A stretch of DNA of 64,000 bases from Azolla caroliniana (taxonomy: Eukaryota > Plantae > Polypodiophyta). Shown in pieces: positions 58,195-64,000 of the stretch; within the stretch, counting starts at the first letter, position 1, and each line of letters starts with the position of its first letter. The DNA lies in the NCBI GenBank assembly GCA_043228905.1, contig JBHGNT010000006.1, forward strand, positions 2,976,001 through 3,040,000, given 5' to 3'. The translations under genes were made by a program, and so were the position numbers. The notes beneath the pieces are model-generated. The model made no database searches. It was not told where the DNA came from and was given only the letters and a program-made list of their open reading frames with translations.

Positions 58195-58310
58195 GTTCCC
58201 AAACCGGTTTAGGGATCGGTTTGGTTCAGGTTTGAGAACCCCAAAACGGTTTAGGCTTAACCGGTTTGGCCTTATCGGCTAAGCCTAAACAGAACTGTTG
58301 CTGATCCTTA
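58195..58310. mobile_element. Terminal fragment of the same hAT-like family as 7158-9447, inverted
   Basis: Reverse-complement match to 7899-8015 plus the TIR (…ctgttgctgatcctta). Both loci translate to SQTGLGIGLV on opposite strands. Confidence 0.7.
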
Positions 58311-58992
58311 GTGGCCAGAGGCAATATAATATTGCATACGACCCAAGCGAATTTTTCTAGGTAAAGATAAGTAAAGTTTCTAGGTATATTCATACGACCC
58401 TAACCAATCTTTATAGGCAAAGAAAGTACAATGAAACCATATCATTCTCCGATCATCAAGATGAATAGTCCAACCTCTAGAAAAAACCCAACAAAGGATT
58501 TCCTCTATACGTGAAACATTGAACTAGATCAAGGTCATTGCTTTTTCTTATTTTTTCCTTCTCTTAACAACATATATGTTAGATAACAACACATGCACAT
58601 TTTACTTTGTTGACTTCTTAGAAGAGGGTGTTAGATTATGTATTGTGTGGCATCCTTCACCATAGCGAAAGAATGCAAATTCATTGGCAATGGAGATTTG
58701 TGAACTTCAAGGGTATATAGGTTGGGAGGTTAAAAACTCATTTAAAATTCAATTTTGTCATATGGTAAGGGATGGATTTATTTTGGTGCAAATATTGTAG
58801 TGGTTAACCAAAGAATGAAAATGATAATTTATAAGACTAGAGCTAGATTTGTTATTCCTAAAGTTATAAACTTTGTTTGGTAGAAGATTCAAGGACTCTT
58901 TAGAATGTAGAGTATGATTGTTTGTTCCCTTGGTTTTTCACATGAGGACGATTGATCATTCTTAGGAGATAAGAGCCTTCCCAAAGTGACGT

Positions 58993-59057
<65 letters not shown>

Positions 59058-59354
59058 TTGCCTATAGGCAATTCAACATGTTCCACTACCTATGTAGTGG
59101 TGCCATATTCCATTGTGATACCCATTGTAAGTTGTAACTAGTGGTTTTCAGACACATTTATTAAATATATAGTTGTGTGTTACATTTCACCAAAAGAAAA
59201 TGAGAGTGAGAGAGAGATGAAGATTGGTTAGCTCACTCTTGGTGATTTGACATGTCCCACTACCCATGTAGCGAAGGCATCACTCAATTGTTGTACCATT
59301 GTCATGTTTTTCACCCACAATTATTAATAATTGTGTGCTATCATATGTGAGTTA

Positions 59355-59672
59355 GAGAGAGATTCTATGGGTGCTCCTTTGAGAACATTTGATGAATTCG
59401 AAACATTACAAAGATAGTTTGTTGGGCCCCACGAAAGGATGAAACGCACAAATCGAGAAAAAAGAAAAGAGAGACAGTCTATGGGTGCTCCTTTGAGGAC
59501 ATTTGATGAATTCGGAACATTACAAAGATAGTTTGTTGGGCCCCATGAAAGGATGAAATGCACAAATCGAGAAAAAAGAAGAGAGAGAACGTCTATGGGT
59601 GCTCCTTTGAGGACATTTGATGAATTCAGAACATTACAAAGAGAGTTTGTTGGGCCCCATGAAAGGATGAAA
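59355..59672. repeat. Tandem repeat, 114-bp unit x ~2.7, upstream of laccase 2
   Basis: tctatgggtgctcctttgag...gtttgttgggcccca.gaaaggatgaaa at 59364, 59478 and 59592. Confidence 0.9.
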
Positions 59673-59945
59673 AGCCCAAGTACAACAACTCAAAATCAGA
59701 AAAAATTATATTGAATGTGAGGTGGCATCGAAAAGATTGTATGAAAACACCACATGGTATACATGATGTCCTTGCTTTAAAATTTAGACACCTTAAATAA
59801 TGTGTAGCATAGATTGGCATAGTAGATTAGAAGGCAAACAATTAGGAGTCACCAATGAATCACATATTGTTAGTATTACTGATATTTAAAATATTTAAAG
59901 TTGGAGTTACGTTACACTCTCCAAATTCTGAATTGGGAGCCAACG

Positions 59946-59990
59946 ACCAACCAACTGATCGAGGGACACAAATTATAAGTACCTATAAAA
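59946..59990 (+). promoter_or_regulatory. AC element (ACCAACC/ACCAACT) plus TATA box of laccase 2
   Basis: Overlapping ACCAACC (59946-59952) and ACCAACT about 30 bp upstream of TATAAAA (59984-59990), 115 bp before the ATG. Confidence 0.45.
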
Positions 59991-60104
59991 ATAGCACCCC
60001 TCATAAGAAACTCATCAAGTGTACATCACACCAAATTATATACATACATAGTGTTCTATACACTAGACACCCTTCCTCGGTGTTAAAACCAAATCATTAG
60101 TGAA

Positions 60105-62553
60105 ATGGCGTTAGGAAGGGTGTTTACCCTAAACTTGTGGTTGGCAATGATGGCCGTGTTGGGACGAATGTCATCGGCACAAGGCCAAGCCCATAGGGCA
60201 AGCACCCGCCATTTCGAGTTCCATGTCATGTATGCCAACATAACTCGCCTTTGCTCCACGAAGCAAGTCGTGACCGTGAATGGGCAGGTTCCGGGTCCAA
60301 CTCTGTATGCGAGAGAGGGCGACAATGTACTCATCAAGGTGGCCAACGAGCTTCCCGACAAGAACGTGACCATTCACTGGTAGACACGAATTTTAAATAA
60401 ATTGGTAGACCCCCTTTAAAATTTTGGTGACTAAAAGTGATGTGTTTTTTGTGTGTGTATGTGTGTGTCCCATGAGCTAGGCATGGGATCAAGCAGATCC
60501 GGACAGGTTGGGCGGATGGACCGGGCTATGTGACCCAGTGCCCCATGAAACCATCCACATCTTATACCTACAACTTCACGATCACCGGGCAACGCGGCAC
60601 ATTGTGGTGGCATGCGCACCTCGCTTGGATGCGTGCCACCGTGTACGGCGCCATTGTCATCCTTCCGGCACGTGACACCTTGCGACGGCCCTACCCATTC
60701 CCGACCCCGGCCGCCGAGATCCCCCTCGTGCTTGGGGAGTGGTGGGTCTCATCTGTCGATGCCGTCATTGCCGAGGCCAAGCTCAGCGGGGGCGCGCCCA
60801 ATGCGTCCGACGCGTTCACCATCAACGGGCAGCCCGGGGACATGTACCCTTGCTCCTCGCCCGGGACTGTGGTCATCCCCGTCGTACACGGCAACACTTA
60901 CCTCTTGCGAATTGTCAATGCGGCCATGGATGGGGAGCTCTTCCTACGCATCGCCGGACACAATGTGACGGTAGTGGAGGCGGATGCGGTGTACACGAAA
61001 CCCCTACCGATGGATACCGTCTTCATTGCACCCGGCCAGACGGTCAATGTGCTCCTCACTGCGGATCAGCCGGTCGGCCGCTATTACTTGGCGGCACGCC
61101 CCTACATTGCGCCTAACGTAACCCTCGACAACACCACCACGACAGCGATCATTTCGTATGTGGGTGCAAGCTCCGATGTGAAGCCCCTAATGCCGACACT
61201 TCCTAGCATTACCGACACCGCAACTGCGACCCGGTTCAGTCGGAGCCTCCGTAGTCTGGCCTCACCCGAGTTCCCCGCCAATGTCCCCTTGCAGGTCGAC
61301 CGCCACCTCTTCTTCACCATAGGCCTAGCGATCCGGCCTTGCCCGGCTTGCTCCCTCGGGGCCAAGGTGGCTGGCGCGGTGAACAACATCTCCTTCGTGC
61401 TGCCTGACACCGCACTCCTTCAGGCGCACTACTTCCGGAAGCCGAACGTCTTCGTCACGAACTTCCCCGACCAGCCCACGGCTTCGTTCAACTTCACGGG
61501 GCTACCACCTTCGAACATCGTAGCGAAATCCGGCACCCGATTGAGCTACATTCCTTTCAACAGCACTGTGGAGTTAGTGCTCCAAGACACTAGCATCATT
61601 GGGCCCGAGAACCACCCCATCCACATGCATGGTTACAACTTCTTCGTGGTGGGTGTCGGTTTCGGCAATTTCAATAGTAGCACCGATCCCCAGAACTTCA
61701 ATCTAGTGGACCCGCCTGAACGCAACACCGTCGCTGTGCCACAGGGAGGTTGGGCAGCACTCCGCTTCCGAGCCGACAACCCAGGTTATTTTCCGACACT
61801 TTTAAGTAACACAAGAGTCTCGTTGCTTAGTTATTTTCCAACATATAATATATCCCAATATGGTGGTACCTACATTGTGTATTACCACACAATAGTATGA
61901 CATTATGGAGATGGGTTACATAGGTTGGGGCAAAGGGTTGTTGGTACTACTATAGGTGGAAGAGACAACCCATGCCTACTCCCCCCAATGGTCATGTCAA
62001 TGTAGTTATGCTCTACAATGTGTGCAAAATGTTGGATACTTTAGCGAAACAAAATGAGGAGAAATGGGGACATGCCAAGTATTTTCACCCACACATCGTA
62101 AGGACACAATAGTAGTCCTAAGTTTGTGTTGTGGTACTTAACTGTAAATATGTAGTGGGCAAAGGGCTTGTATGCTTAGGGGTTCAACTTATATCTAAGG
62201 AACCATTAGTAGCAAAGGTGTCTATGTGCGATACTATGCTTTAGCTAAACTAATTAAATTTTACAAAATGTACATGCATGCAATCTTTAGTTCTTCCTCT
62301 CTTTTAATTAGGAAGAGCTCCACGTAGTTCAAAAGCATGAGGATGATTGGGATCATAAAATGCCTTTAAGTTTTCATCACAATTATATCATATATTGATT
62401 GCATTTTTTTGATCTAATGTAGGTGTGTGGTTCATGCATTGCCACCTTGAGTTCCATACAGCAGCTGGCCTCGCAGTGGCTTTTGTTGTTGAGAATGGGC
62501 CTCGTCCTCAAGACAAATTGCTTCCACCGCCCAGTGACCTTCCAACTTGTTAG
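60105..62553 (+). CDS. LAC: Laccase (multicopper oxidase), 3 exons
   Basis: Exons 60105-60379, 60481-61784, 62423-62553. Signal peptide; motifs [28 protein letters not shown]; C-terminal PPPSDLPTC. Confidence 0.95.
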
Positions 62554-64000
62554 CCATGATTCCATTGATCACAGAGTTCCTTGCGAAGTTTTTTTCCATT
62601 CATTATTGTTTAGGCCCATTGTTCATTTGTAATGGCTGCCATGGTCGCCACATACTCTTTCTATAATTGTGTGCATTGTTCTCATCCCTACAATGATTAT
62701 ATTCATTGGAATGTTGTGTAATTAAAGTTACATTAATAAAATTATGTCAAATTTGTTTAAATGTTGGAGTGTAAAGTGCAATTGCATGAATGACAGGAAA
62801 TCCTAATGTTTATTTGGTCCATGGTAGACCAATGTGTTAATGGAATTCTTAAAAACTCTAGTATTGATGCATTGACTTTTGTTAAGCATTGTCTTCTGAA
62901 ATATTGGTGAATATGTACATTTAACCCTAGTTCTCTTGTACATTTAACCCTAGAGGGTATACATTCAAGAGGACTTTTTGGAGGGTTTTCTAGTATCACT
63001 CCGATTTGTGCATATTAAACTGCCATAATCATTTGACAATTAAAATATAAGTTCTTGATGTCTTAACATGCCATTAGGACAGCCATTATAATATTCAAAC
63101 TGAATGCCTGGCAAGATTGTTTGGGGTTGTTCTTGCTTGAAGCAACAATCAGGAGAAATTAATCAAACATAAGAGAACTACCATCCACCTCAACAAAGGA
63201 ATCTTTAAGATCAATTATGTATTGTCTCTCATAAATACGTTGGCCTCTACAAAGACTTAAAACATCCCTTTGTGTCTTTGTTTCTGTCATATGCCTTCAT
63301 GCAATTTGCAACTTCTTTTTGCACATCCCTTACACTTTACAATCTGAATGAGGAACATCTTAATGACAGAATTCATATCCATTTGGGTTAGTCGTTTTAC
63401 TAAAAATCAAACACAAAGGTGTTATGTCCATTTGGTAAGTTGTTTTACCTAGTATCATTCACAAAGGTGAGCAATAATTACTTACTCTATAGTCTGACAA
63501 GCAAAAATGAACACATAACTCAACTACAGATTAGACTAGATATGCATCGCGCACTTTGACTTTGCTGACTCCTTTTCTGGGAGAAAACCTGATTGCCAAG
63601 AAATATACTCATTGAATTGCAAATATAAGCTCTTATGTTGTTACTAACCAAGCACAAAACAATGGGTCAATGACTATATGCTTCAGTTTATTAGCCAGAA
63701 AATGGCATATACTAGTAAGGATATTGAAGTGTTACAGTAGAATACACACATGCACTACATGGGCCAAAATCCATGCATCCATACATGCATGCCCCTACAT
63801 GGGACAAATCCTCAAATTTAGAGAAATGTCATGAGAAAGAGAATGTCATGAAAACCTCCTTCATTATCATAGATATACTGATACTTCTGCAGTTTTTTGA
63901 TCCAATTCATACACCTAACTCCTATACAACATGGAGATCCATGAGCCTCGACGAGTGAGGACCCCAATTTACAAGAGGGTTAACACTGTTTCTAACAAGA

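Noticed and set aside
58023-58235. 70-aa ORF with LGLRVGLGLRFRL repeats
   Set aside because: Degenerate GGGCTC-type hexamer repeat adjoining a transposon end; no coding evidence.
59290-60030. GTAC copper-response cores upstream of laccase 2
   Set aside because: The few occurrences are about what is expected by chance for a 4-mer.
60612-61410. Alternative-frame and antisense ORFs within laccase 2 (and similarly 27221-28177 in laccase 1)
   Set aside because: By-products of GC-rich codon usage.

Overview
AT-rich, intron-containing land-plant nuclear DNA. A fern or other non-seed plant is suggested by the degenerate PLS-PPR gene and overall style, but that is inference only. Intact spliced genes: laccase 1 (+, 23082-28572, 6 exons), BLOC-1 subunit 1/BLOS1 (+, 30776-33073, with a GC-AG intron), an AGD5-type ArfGAP (-, 34946-41030, 11 exons), MTHFR (-, 43897-47819, 12 exons), a strongly divergent beta-tubulin (-, 51526-53580) and laccase 2 (+, 60105-62553, only 3 exons). 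A single-exon ORF at 11856-12410 encodes a truncated CP12-like protein. It keeps the N-terminal Cys pair and AWDxVE motif but lacks the C-terminal GAPDH-binding module, and is the most novel-looking coding feature. The first ~22 kb and 54-59 kb are mostly transposon debris: two solo LTRs with target-site duplications (one nested inside the terminal repeat of a hAT-like element), Copia/Gypsy/LINE relics, a MITE family and a PPR pseudogene. A perfect 50-bp inverted repeat lies in the last MTHFR intron. No rRNA, intact tRNA or CRISPR array was seen. All calls come from manual reading of the sequence; no database search was run, and no clearly new multi-gene system could be demonstrated.
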